DNA from: Octopus vulgaris
Lineage: Eukaryota
Direction of reading: 5' to 3'
Length of the DNA stretch: 64,000 nucleotides
NCBI GenBank assembly: GCA_951406725.2
Contig: OX597826.1
Coordinates: 13,392,001 to 13,456,000 of the forward strand
The notes under the pieces: model-generated
Told to the model about the DNA's origin: nothing
Seen by the model: the letters and a program-made list of their open reading frames with translations, nothing else
Database searches by the model: none
Shown: positions 1 to 14,990 of the stretch, one piece after another
Layout: every line of letters starts with the position of its first letter
Numbering within the stretch: position 1 is the first letter of the stretch
Position numbers and translations under genes: made by a program

Positions 1-61
1 TATATTGATGATTGTTTTTGTCACCGTATAGATGATGCTAACCAAAACGAAGAGGACCCAC

Positions 62-142
62 CTTGTATTCCAATTATTGTATCCGACATCTTCATGCAAG
101 CCAGTTCCGGTTTGCATCAAGTCGCCAACATCATCGTTTATT
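62..142 (-). CDS. Candidate internal coding exon of an unidentified host gene
   Basis: Minus strand tttacag|...aag|gtgggt splice signals. 81 bp, symmetric phase 2. Only one open frame (INDDVGDLMQTGTGLHEDVGYNNWNT). Protein not recognised. Confidence 0.35.
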
Positions 143-789
143 CTGTAAATGGTCATGTGACTATGTCTGTAACACTTGGCTAGATTAGGTAAGTTATGAT
201 TGCATATTTTGCAGTGTTAAAATACCAATATTTGATCCTATGTGATTTATACATCGATATGTTATACATACACACAGGTTTGGTACAATTATCTTCATTG
301 TTTACAGATATGTCAAGCACTTTGACCGCTGTGAGATTTGAATAGAGAAGCTGCCATACCTATACAGCACAAAAGACTTGTCCTACGTTCTAATGAACCT
401 GAATATTCAACAGCATAGCTGAACAGCTAAAGAGAACACCATCAGAGTTATCCGGCCCAGGGTGCCAAATATGAAGAACACCCTGACCTTTTTTGTTAAG
501 GTTAAACATTTTTTCGTAAATAAACGAAAAGGGGATGCAACTATCCGAATGACTGGAAACTTCTGGACATATTTTTTATAAAAGATAAAAATCATATTCT
601 TTTTTTTTACTTATTTATATAACTTGCAGAGTATGGCATCTGAGTATAGGTGTCTGCTAGTTTTCGATTTTGCATAGTTTTCGATTTTAGGACCAGAAGA
701 AATATTCTCTCCCTCACTATTTCTCTCTGTACTCCTCATATAATGTGACCGCGTGTGTATCGTCTTCTCTTCCTTGGATTTTTCCTTTT

Positions 790-832
790 CCTATTTTTCT
801 GACGAAGAGCTCCGCTCGAAACGTTAAATCTT
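790..832 (+). ncRNA. Minimal type I hammerhead ribozyme motif in a Penelope-like pseudo-LTR remnant
   Basis: CTGACGA (799-805), stem II gagc-tcc-gctc, GAAAC, then gtta. This matches the minimal hammerhead layout of Penelope-like elements. Confidence 0.65.
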
Positions 833-1019
833 CCTCCTTTCTTTCCTTTCCTGAGCGTCCAATAACACTATACTTGTTCCACGTCCTCGCGTTGCTGTGT
901 TTTCTCTTTGTGTTTTCATGTTTGGATTAACTATATATATATATATATATATAGATTCATACACACATACACATACACACGCGCACACACGCAGACACAC
1001 ACATACATACATATACAGA

Positions 1020-1300
1020 TGTAACAGTATCCAGCATTTGAAACCCTATCAGTTCAATAACCGGCGAAGACCACGGCATATGAAGTTTCCGTATTTGGTG
1101 GCGACTGTCTCCATCAGATGAATTTGAGACCCATATTTCAACCGTGCTTTTGTATTCGTGAGGTGTCAAGATTAATGGAAAATTCCTGGTTAGCTGGAGG
1201 CTATGCCGTTCCGACCTCGTGTTAAAAAGATTATCTTTCGCCAAGCACCAACACTTAACATTCTCACCTCTCTCCAAGCATGCATTCTCACACTGTAATA
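1020..1300 (-). mobile_element. Decayed Penelope-like element C-terminal fragment
   Basis: Translation ACLERGENVKCWCLAKDNLFNTRSERHS resembles the LCLxEK...LLNxRSE tail after the Penelope GIY-YIG domain. It is followed by a degenerate ctgatgg...ggaaac motif. Confidence 0.35.
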
Positions 1301-1362
1301 ACTGGTTTACAGCATTGTAGCGTTTTTTTATAGTAATAACTGTATATAAATCTGTAATGAAA

Positions 1363-1572
1363 GTGTGTGTGTATATGTTTGTGTGTCTGTGTTTGTTCCC
1401 CTAGCATTGCTTGACAACCGATTCTGGTGTGTTTACGTCCCCGTCACTTAGCGGTTCGGCAAAAGAGATCAATAGAATAAGTACTGGGCTCACAAAGGAT
1501 AAGTCCCGGGGTCGATTTGCATGGCCGCAGTCAAATGACTGAAACAAGTAAAAGAGTAAAAGAGTAAAAGAG
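1363..1572 (+). mobile_element. SINE family A, 3' half
   Basis: Matches the family A 3' region (cttgacaaccgat...gactgaaacaagtaaaagag) seen more than 10 times in the window. Confidence 0.8.
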
Positions 1573-1589
1573 TATATATACATAAAAAA

Positions 1590-1836
1590 ATAAATACACC
1601 CTTTTAAAGCCTAGCCAGGCTCATGGGCCTAGTTTCCCAGTTTCTATGGCGTATGTGCTTCCCAGCTGGACGGGACGCCAGTCCATCGCAGCGTTACTCA
1701 TTTTTGCCAGTTGAGTGAACTGGTGCAACGTGAAATGAAGTGTTTTGGAAACAACGCGTTGCCCGGTCCAGGAATCGAAACCACAATCTTACGATCATGA
1801 TGCTGACACCCTATCCACTAAGCCACGCGCCTTCAC
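1590..1836 (-). mobile_element. SINE family C (tRNA head, CORE-like middle, V-like gcgatggactggcgtcccgtccag segment)
   Basis: Near-identical to copies at 11893-12150 and 63582-63843. Pol III A/B boxes tggcttagtgg and ggtttcgattcc. Confidence 0.85.
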
Positions 1837-2059
1837 ACATATATATACATACATATAAATAAATAAATGGCGTTAAGCGCTTAACTCCATTTATTTATTT
1901 ATATATATTGTACGAAATATTTCACATCAACTCGGAGTTTCTACCTTTACAAACAGGGTGTTGCGTCCCTATTGCTTGTGTGATTTTTTAGCTGCCCTGG
2001 TAGCTGTCTGTTTATTTTTTTCCATGTTAATTGTAAACAAGGCAAAAATACACACATCC

Positions 2060-3290
<1,231 letters not shown>

Positions 3291-3531
3291 TTTTTCGCGC
3301 ACAAAATTAGCTGCCTTCTATTTGTCTGTTTGCATGTGTGGAGCCATCCCTAATCGCACTTCATCCTTATATAATCAAATAAACAAAGAAACAAAAAGAG
3401 AAACTCCGCCAAGCGTTGATATGTTTTTCCATCCCCACACTCCGGATGTCTACTTAGTTGATGGCTTAGTAACACTGAAGTCAGAATTCAGATGCCATCT
3501 GGAGTCAATTAGGTGAAACTCCCAAACTTAC

Positions 3532-3609
3532 AAGCACGAACTCGAATACGAAACGGTTCTTTCCTGGTTTGCTGTCTTCTATGACGTCATTGACCAGCTT
3601 AGAAAACAT
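3532..3609 (-). CDS. Candidate first coding exon segment (MFSKLVNDVIEDSKPGKNRFVFEFVL)
   Basis: ATG at 3609-3607, 26 open codons, then a strong donor gtaagt at 3531-3526. Possible acceptor ttcag at 3751. Unique, non-repeat sequence; protein not recognised. Confidence 0.25.
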
Positions 3610-3991
3610 TCAAACATTCACGGAGTCGTCTTTAGAAGTTCCGAAGTACATGGCACACTTGTGGTCCTTGATAACAAAGATCGCGTTCAACTGTTTTATG
3701 TGTAATATGGAATTTTTCAGTGTGAACACAGCACGGTAAAATTTCACTAACTGAATCAAGTAAACGCGCATGTAAACATGTTCATATTTACACGCGTTCA
3801 CACACGTGTATTGATAAATTCTGTATGCATATGAGCATGTAAAGTTAGTATTTCCATACGTGTGCTTGCAACCATTTCTACAAACTACCTACATATCCAA
3901 AACTCAAAATACAGCCACGTACACATGTTCATATGTATGCATTGGTGTACTCTTTGTTATTGATAATGCTTCTGTCGCTATTGATTATATA

Positions 3992-4410
3992 GAGGCAGGC
4001 GTGTCTGTGTGGTAAGAAAGTTGCTTCCCAACCACATGGTTCTGTGTTCAGTCCCACTGCGTGTCACCTTGAGCAACAATCTTCTACTATAACCCCGGGT
4101 CGACCAAAGACTTGTGAGTGGATTTGGTAGATGGAAACGGAAAGAAGCCTGTCACATATGTGCGTGCGCATGCGTATGTGTTTGTCTGTGTCTTTCTGTC
4201 AGTGTCTGTCCCCTACTACCGCTTGACAACCGGTGTTGGTGTGTATACGTCCACGTTACTTAGTGTTTTCGGCAAAAGAGACTCATAGAATAAGTACCAG
4301 ACTAAAAAGAGAGAAAGGAGTGGGATTGATTCTTTCGACTAAATTTTCTTCAACGCTGTGCCCCAGCATGGCCGTGGTCTGATGACTGAATCACGTAAAA
4401 GATAAAAGAT
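3992..4410 (+). mobile_element. SINE family A, diverged full-length copy
   Basis: tRNA-like head, CORE-like caccttgagcaa segment, internal (TG)n, family A tail. Confidence 0.8.
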
Positions 4411-4420
4411 AGAAATATAT

Positions 4421-4835
4421 TAATTCTTTATTGCACACAAGGGGCTAAACATAGAGGGGACAAACAAGGATAGACAAAGGGATTAAGCCGATTACATCGC
4501 CCCTGGTGCGTAACTGGTACTTATTTAATCGAACCGAAAGTATGAAAGGCAAAGTCGACTTCGGTGGAATTTGAACTTAGAACGTAGCGGCAGACAAAAT
4601 ATCTATTTCTTTACTACCCACAAGGGACTACGCACAGAGGGGACGGACAAAAACTGACAAACGGATTAAGTCGATTACATCGACCCCAGTGCGTAACTGG
4701 TACTTTATTTATCGACCCCGAAAGTATGAAAGGCAAAGTCGACCTCGGCGGAATTTGAACTCAGAACTTAACGATAGACGAAATACCGCTAAGCATTTCG
4801 CCCGGCGTGCTAACGATTCTGCCAGCTCGCCGCCT
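4421..4835 (-). mobile_element. SINE family B dimer
   Basis: One head (ggcggcgagctggcagaatcgttagc...) plus two ~184-bp bodies joined at ~4603. Confidence 0.85.
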
Positions 4836-6199
4836 TAAACGATAGAAATATATATACATACACACGCATAGACAGATACATACTCACACACACATATATA
4901 CATGTGTGCGTATCTATATTCATTCATTAATATACATATATATATATACATACATACATACATACATACATACATACATACATACATACATACATACATG
5001 CATACATACATACATAGACTCATGTACATACGCACAGAACATCTCTTAGGTCAAAACGTGATATATTATGTTGGGCTCAGACTTCACACTTAGTGATCTT
5101 TATTCGAAAATATCAAAACCATCCCACAAAAAAAGGGCAAAAGACAAGAATTAAAGGTGCTTTCTATGCCTCATGGTCGGTTACACGGATTCTGTGACGT
5201 ATATTTCCAAAACTGACGCAACATCGGTCCGGCGCAGGATTTTAAGTTACAAAACCATAAAACTATGAACAAATATTCCTAAAACATCCCTCTCGCTCTC
5301 TCTCTCTCTCCCTCTCTCTATCTCTCTCCCTCTCTCTTTATCTCTCTCTCTCTCTTTATCTCTCTCTCTCCTCCTTTCTTATTTGCTCTTCCTATACATT
5401 TATGCATGTGAGTCTGTGTGCGCGTGTTCGTATGTGTGTGTGTGCGTGTGTATTTGTGTATGTGTGAGTGTGTATTTGTGTATGTGTGTATGTATTTGTG
5501 TATGTGTGTGCAAATGTGCGTATGTATGTGCATGAATGTGTGTGAACGTGTGTGTGAGTTGTGCGTCAGTTGTCTAATACACATGTGAATGAAAACAGCC
5601 TACCGCATTTAATATGTTTTGGGATGAGACTGTAACACTCCACATATATCACCAGGGGACCCGACTTGGCTATCCCCGTCAGCGAAGGTGGTTGAGATAC
5701 TAAATCGTTCTAATAGTTTGCTCTTCCTCTCGTCTCTGTTTAAAGCCATCAAAGTCGACAAAGATGTCATGTAAGCGAGTGGGTTCAACACGATAATGTT
5801 TACGTTGTAAGTAAGTCGTAACTATAATTTATTAACCACATAATATAAGATATAAACGTTCGTGTTGTCATTATTTCCCCTAGTATATTATGTAAGTAGA
5901 GATTGTTACAATCTTACTCTACTTTAAAATCTTTTCTTGTTTGGTTGTTGTTTTCTGCGTTTATGAACGTCTCACATTCCGTTGGTTACGTATATCTGAT
6001 CGTCTGTTACAGACACGCTGTTCTAAATATTCGAAGTACAAGAGCCTCAACTTCTAAAAAATGATATTGGAATAGAATAACCGACAGGATTATACCATAT
6101 TCATACGAATGTGTGACCTTATAGTAATCTAAGAATTCAATATTAGGTAAGTCACTGCCCGTGTGACAGATAGAAAATATTACTTCTTTACAAGTGTTA

Positions 6200-6771
6200 T
6201 ATTCGGTTGTCCGGAAAGTTTGTGCCGATTTTTAAAGGAAAGAAAAAGGTCAATATATAAACTTGCCATTACATTTTTAATCAACCAAATATGAACCATT
6301 TTGTTGCACAATGCGTCTCCATCTTTCCTTTAACTTGAAAATACCCTCTTCCCAGAATTGAGGTGGTTCCATGGCAAAGAATTCATCAAGGTATCTTTTT
6401 ACATCATCCAAGGAATTGAAATTTTTACCATTAAGACTATTCTGCAGAAACCTAAATAAGTGGAAATCCGAAGGAGCAATATCTGGTGAAGATGGAGGGT
6501 GGGGTAACGCATCCCAGCCGAGCTGCAGCAATTTTTGTCTGGTTCCCAAAGCATCAAGTGCCGAAAAGGAACTTTCTTATCTTCCATTTTAAAGGGTTAC
6601 AGAATTAACACAGGTTATAAGAACATAAACCTTCTTCCACGAAAAGATAGCTTAAACTGTGCTCTAAATGGAGGTGTAGTCAAATTCTATTTTATGGACT
6701 CAACCATGTTCTAAAATAAGTCCAAATGTAAGCTACTATAAATCGGCACGAACTTTCTGGACAACCCAATA
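6200..6771 (-). mobile_element. Non-autonomous mariner (internally deleted)
   Basis: ~30-bp TIRs ttgggttgtccggaaagttcgtgccgattt with TA ends. N-terminal MEDKKVPFRHLML is fused to the C-terminal mariner motif HPPxSPDIAPSDFHLF. Confidence 0.92.
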
Positions 6772-7572
6772 TAAACAGTAGAAAGCTAGATGAAGGTCCT
6801 TATTATTAAGTCCAACCGGTGATTCCTAATTGAGTAGACCTCGGGCCGCATTAACAATGATAACCGAAAGCGCGTGAACTCGTAGAGTAAAAATTTATCA
6901 AATTCTTCCTCGCCATCGTCAGGTCCTATCCCACTACTATATTAATTTCAACCTATTATTTTTAATTTAATTTATTTAACATTAATCAGCTGTAATGTAA
7001 TATGATTTACTGACAACTAGAGCAACAGGAAAGCTTGCCAATTCTCAACAATTTTTTATTCATTAGAAACACAAAGCTGTTATACTTTACTAGGCGAGGC
7101 AGTCTGACAGTCTGACAGTCTGATTAAAAGTACGTTTCACAATCGTGTAGCATCTTGGGCAATTATCTTCTTGCATGAATCTGGACACTGACCAAAGCCA
7201 AGTCAGTGAATCCGGAAGACGAAAACGGCTGTATAGAAGCCCGCCGTATATGGATATATACATGTGTTTCTCTGCGTGCATGCGGGAGTGTCTATCACTG
7301 TCTATTAGTTTCTAACTGTGCGACACCACTTTTATTTTTGATTATTTTCCTGTAACCTAGCGATTCGGCAAAAAGAGACGGAAAGAGTAAATATCCAGCT
7401 TAACTACTAGGATCTATTTGATCGACTAAACCTTTGTAGGAGGTAAGCCAGTTTCACCATAGTTCAAAGACTGAGACAAGAATAGAATAAAATAATTTTC
7501 TCCATGGTAAATATCAAGAAAACAGAAGCTCTTTGACGCTTATAATCCCTTGATGTCTTAATCACGTGCTTA

Positions 7573-7880
7573 TCTATATAAATAAAACGGAATTTGTGTG
7601 TATGTGTGTGTGCGCGGGCGTATTTTCCTTATGGATTCTAAAACTGAGTTTCCGATTTTGAAGTATATGGAATCCAAAGACTAATCTTTCGGCTACCAAG
7701 TATGTTTTTTTGCACAACTCTTTTTCACTACGAAAATAACCTCGAAAACGAAACTGGGCCGCACAATTTTGAGGGCTTTCGCCAACTCTGCCTGCAAAAT
7801 TTTTGTCTTAGGAAAATGTTTAAAATACATGGAATGAAACTTCGAAGATATACCGTCAACTTTATTAGTAATATTTAGTA
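7573..7880 (+). mobile_element. Helitron-like non-autonomous element 5' part
   Basis: A|TCTATATAAATAAA start followed by a TG-rich tract, typical of Helitron 5' ends. The 3' end is unclear. Confidence 0.3.
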
Positions 7881-8072
7881 GATAATCTTGTAATATGAAG
7901 TATGTTTGTGTTTAGTTTAGTCCAGAGTTGCATCTGATGTAGTAGACGCATAGCATAGTTTTCTCTTTTTTTCTTCCTGAATTACTATAAATCTGTGTCT
8001 ATCTTTTGATGAAAGCGTGTGTTTTAAGAGAGATTTGGCTGGTATTTGTAATAGCTCAAGTTACCACAGAGA

Positions 8073-8137
<65 letters not shown>

Positions 8138-9219
8138 GTGTGTGTGTGTATGATGAAAACAATATTTTTGTACAATAATTTTTAAAGAAATATGGACGTC
8201 TTTCTTACTGCTAACCATTCAACTTCTAATTACAACTGTTAATTATTGGAAGTTAAGTAAACTGAGATTTACATATAGTGTTATCGTATAGAGTGGAAAT
8301 TCGATACGAAGTTTTGAACTCATTATCTTGTGGTTAGTAATCCATTGCCTTAAACTTGAAGCCATTAAGTCTTTAAACATTATTTTACTGGGTTTAGTCT
8401 TTCGACTGTCGCTATGATGGGGTACCACCTTCAAAAATTTAATTGATTACACTGACCTCAGTAGGTTTTGAAATCTGGTCATTTATTTTATAGATCTCTG
8501 CTTGATGAACTGCTACGTTTGAGACATAGTGGGACACAATACTCGATTTAACAACAAATGTAAACAAACAAGCACACACAAGAATGACTGCGTAGTTTGG
8601 AAGTTTGCTTCCCAACCACATGGTTCCGCGTTCAGTCCCTCTGCATGGTACCTTGGGCAAGTGTTTTCTGCTATAGCCCTAGGCCAACCACAGACTGGGA
8701 ACTGAATTTGAGAGACGGAAAGTGCAGCGTTATTCATCAGAAAATGACTGAAAAACATGTTTATAAAGAAGAGTTTTTTGCTTCATACTCTTCGTGTGCC
8801 GATTCTGCCCATAAGAAAGGAACAAATAATACAATGTGGCTGTAGGTCATAACACCCGAGCATCGCTGGGGTGCATCGCTAGTGTTAGATAATGGTTAAA
8901 CAGCTCATGACCTGGGCAAAGTGGTAATCTACATCCGGAAGCTCCAGCTCGGGAGCCAAGTCTTTAGGAAGAAGGGATGTACCTGTTATCATCACTCTCA
9001 GTTCCGCTCCGATCCAGGTGGGTAGTATCTGTTAAGGGTCTTAGTTATAGGACAAATAGCTAAAGATCGTCCTATGGCTAAAACGCAACAATGAAATGGA
9101 GAAGAGCTGGCTCCGTAGACTTTCATCACACAGATTGCTTTGAGTGGAAATAGTATTTATTCGCAGTTGACTCCTTTTCTTCATATTTGTCTGTTTGTCT
9201 GTCTTTTTATTCACCCATC

Positions 9220-9960
<741 letters not shown>

Positions 9961-10466
9961 GCATATTTATATGTTTAAGGAATTGAACATCTGGGTGGAA
10001 TATTCAAACAGGAAACTATGATTAAGGTGGAAATGGGTGGAGGAGGTTGGTGCAGAAAAAGGGGTAAAATGGGTGGGGGTCATTTTGTTATTGGCTGAAA
10101 GATGTGCGGCCATAATTACATTAGAGGTAGTGGCGGTGAAGGTGATGGCTGGTGGGGTTGATAGTGGAAGTGATGTTATCTCCGGATACTCATAGGGTAG
10201 ATGGGGGACTTGACACAGTTTAGATTTGTAGGTGCTGTTGTTGTTGTTGTTGTTGTTTGATCCCTAGCCAGCCCTGGTAGAGTAACCCTCTCATCGAAAG
10301 CATTTCCACCGCTTTGACCTGAATAAGTTTTTTTTTCTTCAAAAATGGGTTATATTACCTGATGTGTTTTATCTAATTTGTAGATGATTGGTGGGGGTGG
10401 AACTTGTGGAGATTTGGCTGTTATTTCTGGGAGTGTAACCGAGAGTATAGAAACTCATGATCCCAA

Positions 10467-10643
10467 GCAGGAGTGGCTGTGTGGTAAGTAGCTTGCTTAT
10501 GAACTACATTGTTCCGACTTCATTCCCACTGCGTGGCACCTTGGGCAAGTGTCTTCTACTATAGCCTCGGGCCGACGAAAGCCTTGTGAGTGGATTTGGT
10601 AGATGGAAACTGAAAGAAACCCGCCGTATATATGTATATGTGT

Positions 10644-10688
<45 letters not shown>

Positions 10689-10891
10689 TCCCCTTCAGCA
10701 TCGCTTGACAACCGATGCTGGTGTGTTTACGTCCCCGTAACTTAGCGGTTCGGCAAAAAGAGACCGATAGAATAAGTACTAGGCTTACAAAGAATAAGTC
10801 CTGGAGTCGATTTGTTCGACTAAAGGCGGTGCTCCAGCATGGCCACAGTCAAATGATTGAAACAAGTAAAAGAGTAAAAGAGTAAAGAGTA
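10467..10891 (+). mobile_element. SINE family A, full-length
   Basis: Head gcaggagtggctgtgtggtaag, CORE-like ggcaccttgggcaagtgtc, internal (TG)n, (AGAGTAAA)n tail. Confidence 0.9.
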
Positions 10892-11122
10892 AGCCCCCAT
10901 TGGCTTAATAGCAATATTCTTAATGGTGGAGAAAGTGATAATTGTAGTATCGCCATTGTTGGTGTTGTGCTGTTGCTATTATTTAACCCCAAGTCAGCCC
11001 TGATTTAGCAGACCTATGATCAAAGGCATTCCAACAATGGTCCCCTCATTTTTTCCCTCGTTATCTTGCATCTATAACTACAATGTTCTCATATACACTG
11101 TTTACATAAGTCACTGTGTCAA

Positions 11123-11320
11123 TGCCTATGGGTATAGCTTAGTGGATAAAGGCACTGATTAATTCAGTGCAGTCACCTAGGCGTTCTGAGTTCAATCCCA
11201 GGCAAGGCAATTAGGCGAATCACAAGACACCTGATGAAGGCTGGAGGTATACCAGCCGAAACGTAGTGAAAGCAGCAATCAAGATTTGAACACCAGTCCC
11301 ACCTATGTAAACAGTATTTA
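11123..11320 (+). ncRNA. tRNA-like Pol III head followed by an intact hammerhead ribozyme
   Basis: A box tagcttagtgg (~11135) and B box gagttcaatccc (11188-11199). Then cac-CTGATGA-a-ggctgg(aggtata)ccagcc-GAAAC-GTA-gtg at 11228-11268. Confidence 0.7.
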
Positions 11321-11892
11321 AGTAAAATTTGGTTGCTATTTTCAGAAGATCAAGTGACTATGAACAGTATCCCTTGGGGGATAGTTGTCTTATTTTGCTA
11401 TTGTTGTTGTTTAACACAAGTTTAGTCTTAATGGAACAATCTATAATCAAATGCCTCCCTGTCGCGTTCATCCTGTCTTTTTAACACTTTTTTGCTCTGA
11501 GCGTCCTCTTTCCTAAGACCTGTGGTCTGTGATTGGAAGGGAATTTATCTACTGTTTATAGCAGACTGAACACCACGCAGAGGTTAGTGGTGGTATTAGT
11601 GGTGGCACTGGGGGTGCTAGTGATGCTGGTGATGATGGTTTGGGTGTGGAGTGAGGGTGTGTTATAATGTGGATCCTCGTCCACTTGCATGTTGTCAGCA
11701 CTGTAATATTCTTGTCGCCACTATCATGTGGCAATATTCCGTGTTTTTTTTTTTTATCTTTGACTTTGTTTTTTTTTTTATCGTGCTATCGCTGATGAGC
11801 AGTCACGGAGAAACTCCCCCGTTGGTAGCAATGGTTATATCGGTAACAATGACATTGATCGTAATGGAGATGGTTATGCTGTAGTTAAAATA

Positions 11893-12150
11893 ATAATAAA
11901 TGCGCCCTTTTAAAGCCTAGCCAGGCTCATAAGGGCCCTGTTTCCCGGTTTCTATGACGTATGTGTTCCCCAGCTGGACGAGACGCCAGTCCATCGCAGC
12001 GTTACTCATTTTTGCCAGCTGATTGGACTGGAGCAACGTGAAATGAAGTGTTTTGCTCAAGAACACAACGCGTCGCCCGGTCCAGGAATCGAAACCACAA
12101 TCTTACGATCATGATGCTGACACCCTAACCACTAAGCCACGCGCCTCCAC
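11893..12150 (-). mobile_element. SINE family C
   Basis: Near-identical to 63582-63843. Confidence 0.88.
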
Positions 12151-13303
12151 ATGCTACAGCTATGTTGACAGTAATAAAATAAATGGCTTTCCGTCAGTTT
12201 CGACGATAATTGGCTGAGTAATCAATACAAGCGTGTATCTTCAGCTTAATTCTCAAACAGAATTTGCGGTTCGTTGAATTATTGGTAAATGCATTCGATG
12301 GACCTCCACACAGTATTGATCTTTCGAATGTTCCCTACAAGGCTTAAATCAGCCTGAGTTTGTGCAAAACGGAAAGTTAGATATAGGTGTTGAAATAGCA
12401 CCCCATTTTTTTTTTTTTTTTTTTTGTATTTTCACCTCGGATGCTACATTTTCGACAGCGGAAATTCGGAGGTTCCGATTTCCCAATCGCCACCTTTCTC
12501 CCAAAACTAACATTATTTCTTCAAAATTTCTGTTCCACCACTATTTCTGTTTTTCACATTTTTCAGAAATCTAGTTATTCCTTGAATTCAAGGTAGTAAA
12601 AGCAAAAATGAGTTTTAAAAAAAGTCGAGATTTTTATTTTGAAAAAAAAAAAATTAATAAATAAAGAACAAACTTCTAAAATTTCAGTTTAAAAAAAAAT
12701 ACTCTTCCTCATCCCCTCTCCACATATTCAAACCAAAATTCCGGATGTTTTTAAATTCGTTCCTGTTTTTGCTAATGCGTAGATGCTTTTCAAACCAATC
12801 ACAGTTTTGAAATTCTAGGTTTATTTATTTATTTATTTATTTGTTTTGTTTTTTTGATAATTTCGAAATTCTTATTTGTCGGAAAGGTTTGAATCCGGGT
12901 GCATGTTCGTCACCTTCGCCACCTTCACCAAAAGGTACTTACCAAAGATACCACCATACTTGATCAAATCCGGGAACTTGTTACACATTATTTAATATAT
13001 CTTTCTGTTATTTTTAAGATTGTAGAGTATGATTTCAGGGAGATTTGGTTTGCATTTCTAGCAGGCCGGACGGCCACTTAAAGACACGGTGCTTGTGGTT
13101 AGGATGGTAGTAGTAATAGGAATGATATTGATGACGGAAAAAAACGGAGAATGTTACACAAATACAAATAACATGACATAACAACAGGTGTCTTTCGACT
13201 AAGGACAAATTAAATTAAGCTGGTGTGTGTGGAAATAAAGCCTTACGGCAAGGATACAAGATTTCACTGGCGCAGGGAGGACCATAGATGTTGCACGGAC
13301 GAC

Positions 13304-13349
<46 letters not shown>

Positions 13350-13681
13350 ATTTAAATATATACGTGTTTGAATGTGTGTGTGCGCGCGCTTGTGTTTGCC
13401 CGCCTCCCATTACCGCTTAACAATTTGTGTTGGTATGTCTACGTCTTCGAAATTTAACTGTTCGGTCCCTAAAATATGTACCAGACCTAAAAATAGGCAG
13501 TGGGATCGATTTGTTCGACTGAATCCTTGAAAGGGGAAGGATATAGTGAAAAAAAAAAAATTTTTGTGTCATTAAAAGAAAAGAAATATATGTCGAGCAA
13601 GGTGCTTGGTGACCACCACTACTCTCACTACAACAGTCATCAGTATTCTTGCTTTCAATCTTGCTTCTCCAGTTGTAAAAC

Positions 13682-13886
13682 GGTGAGCTGACGGAATTAT
13701 TAGCAGACTGGCAAACCTCTTAGCGCCATTTCGTCCGTTTCCTCGTTCTGGGTTCAAATTCCACCGAGGTCGACTTTGGCTTTCATCCTTTGTGGGGGTC
13801 GATAAAATGATCACTGAGGTCAATATAATCGACTTACCACTCACTCGAAATTGCTGGCATTGTGCCAAAATTTGAAACCAATATTG
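13682..13886 (+). mobile_element. SINE family B' (B head and central domain, alternative tail ggccttgtgccaaaatttgaaacc)
   Basis: Similar copies at ~20570-20780, 29720-30065, 39983-40196, 40217-40417, 49630-49845(-), 56330-56480 and 60283-60465. Confidence 0.75.
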
Positions 13887-13967
13887 TTCCTCCAATTCAG
13901 CAATGACAGCACGCCAAACCTACTAGAAATAGCAGCCAAAAATTCCTCAGATTGCACTAAAAGGGTA

Positions 13968-14215
13968 GATACCTCCTTCGGTCATGAATGACCATGGGAT
14001 TGCACCTAGAAAGTTACTCTCCGAGGCATAAGTCCCGCAAAGTTATTTAAGGAAGACCAGCAGTCGCCCATGCATACCAGCCTCCCTCTCCATGCCACCG
14101 AAGGGAAAGTCGAAGGTCGTCACAGCTTGGCACCAATTGGATCGCAATACATTTCTACAGCTGAGTGAACTGCAACAACGCGAAATAAATTGTCCTACCC
14201 GAGAACCGACCACAC
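13968..14215 (-). mobile_element. Additional CORE-type SINE remnant
   Basis: Reverse complement has gttcactcagctg (CORE-like, as in family C) and a distinct tail aggtgcaatcccatggtcattcatgaccgaagg. Confidence 0.5.
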
Positions 14216-14586
14216 TACACGTAGATAACGTTTCTGGTTTACTTACACGCTGATAAAAGGCGGGACAGTCATGGTTTGATGTAACGGGATCTTTTATCAT
14301 AGGGCTGTTAGATCAAAGCTCACCTTGGGCTAAAGTCGTCACTATCAACTTCAGGATAGCGTATCTATGCGGTAACTGACCTGTTAGAAATACAACCAAA
14401 TACTCCTCAAATCACCACACACTTTTAGAAAAGGATACATTTCATAATGTTATCACAGATTCCCAACACATAAGAAAAGACAGGATGGTCCCAAATGGGA
14501 AGCTTTTCTCCAAATGTCTGCTCAAACATAGCTGTTATGGGGTTAAACAAAAGCAACAACCGCGACAGCAAGAGCAGCAACAACAA

Positions 14587-14990
14587 GGAGGCGCAATGAC
14601 CCAGTGGTTAGGGCAGCGGACTCGCGGTCGGAGGATCGCGGTTTCGATTCCCAGACCGGGCGTTGTGTGTGTTTATTGAGCGAAAACACCTAAAGATCCA
14701 CGAGGTTCCGGCAGGGGGTGGTGGCGACCCCTGTTGTACTCTTTCGCTCCAACTTTCTCTCACTCTTTCTTCCTGTTTCTTGTCCCCGACTTCCTATGCA
14801 ACTGCTGAGCCTGGATGCGCATTCATCCATCCGTCGATGCTCTCGCTGTCGGGGGTTGACCTGCTTTCTCTTCTGCGGGTCTTACGAATAGCAAAAGGAC
14901 CACGTTTCGGACTTCTCCCACTACAGACACTCCCGAGGCGCGATCTTGCGAGCTCTGGGACGAAAACCGTTTCGCTCAACAAACAAATAA
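14587..14990 (+). mobile_element. SINE family D, tail type 1
   Basis: tRNA-like head ggaggcgcaatgacccagtggttagg...ggtttcgattcc. Homologous over its length to 42670-43036. Confidence 0.85.
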
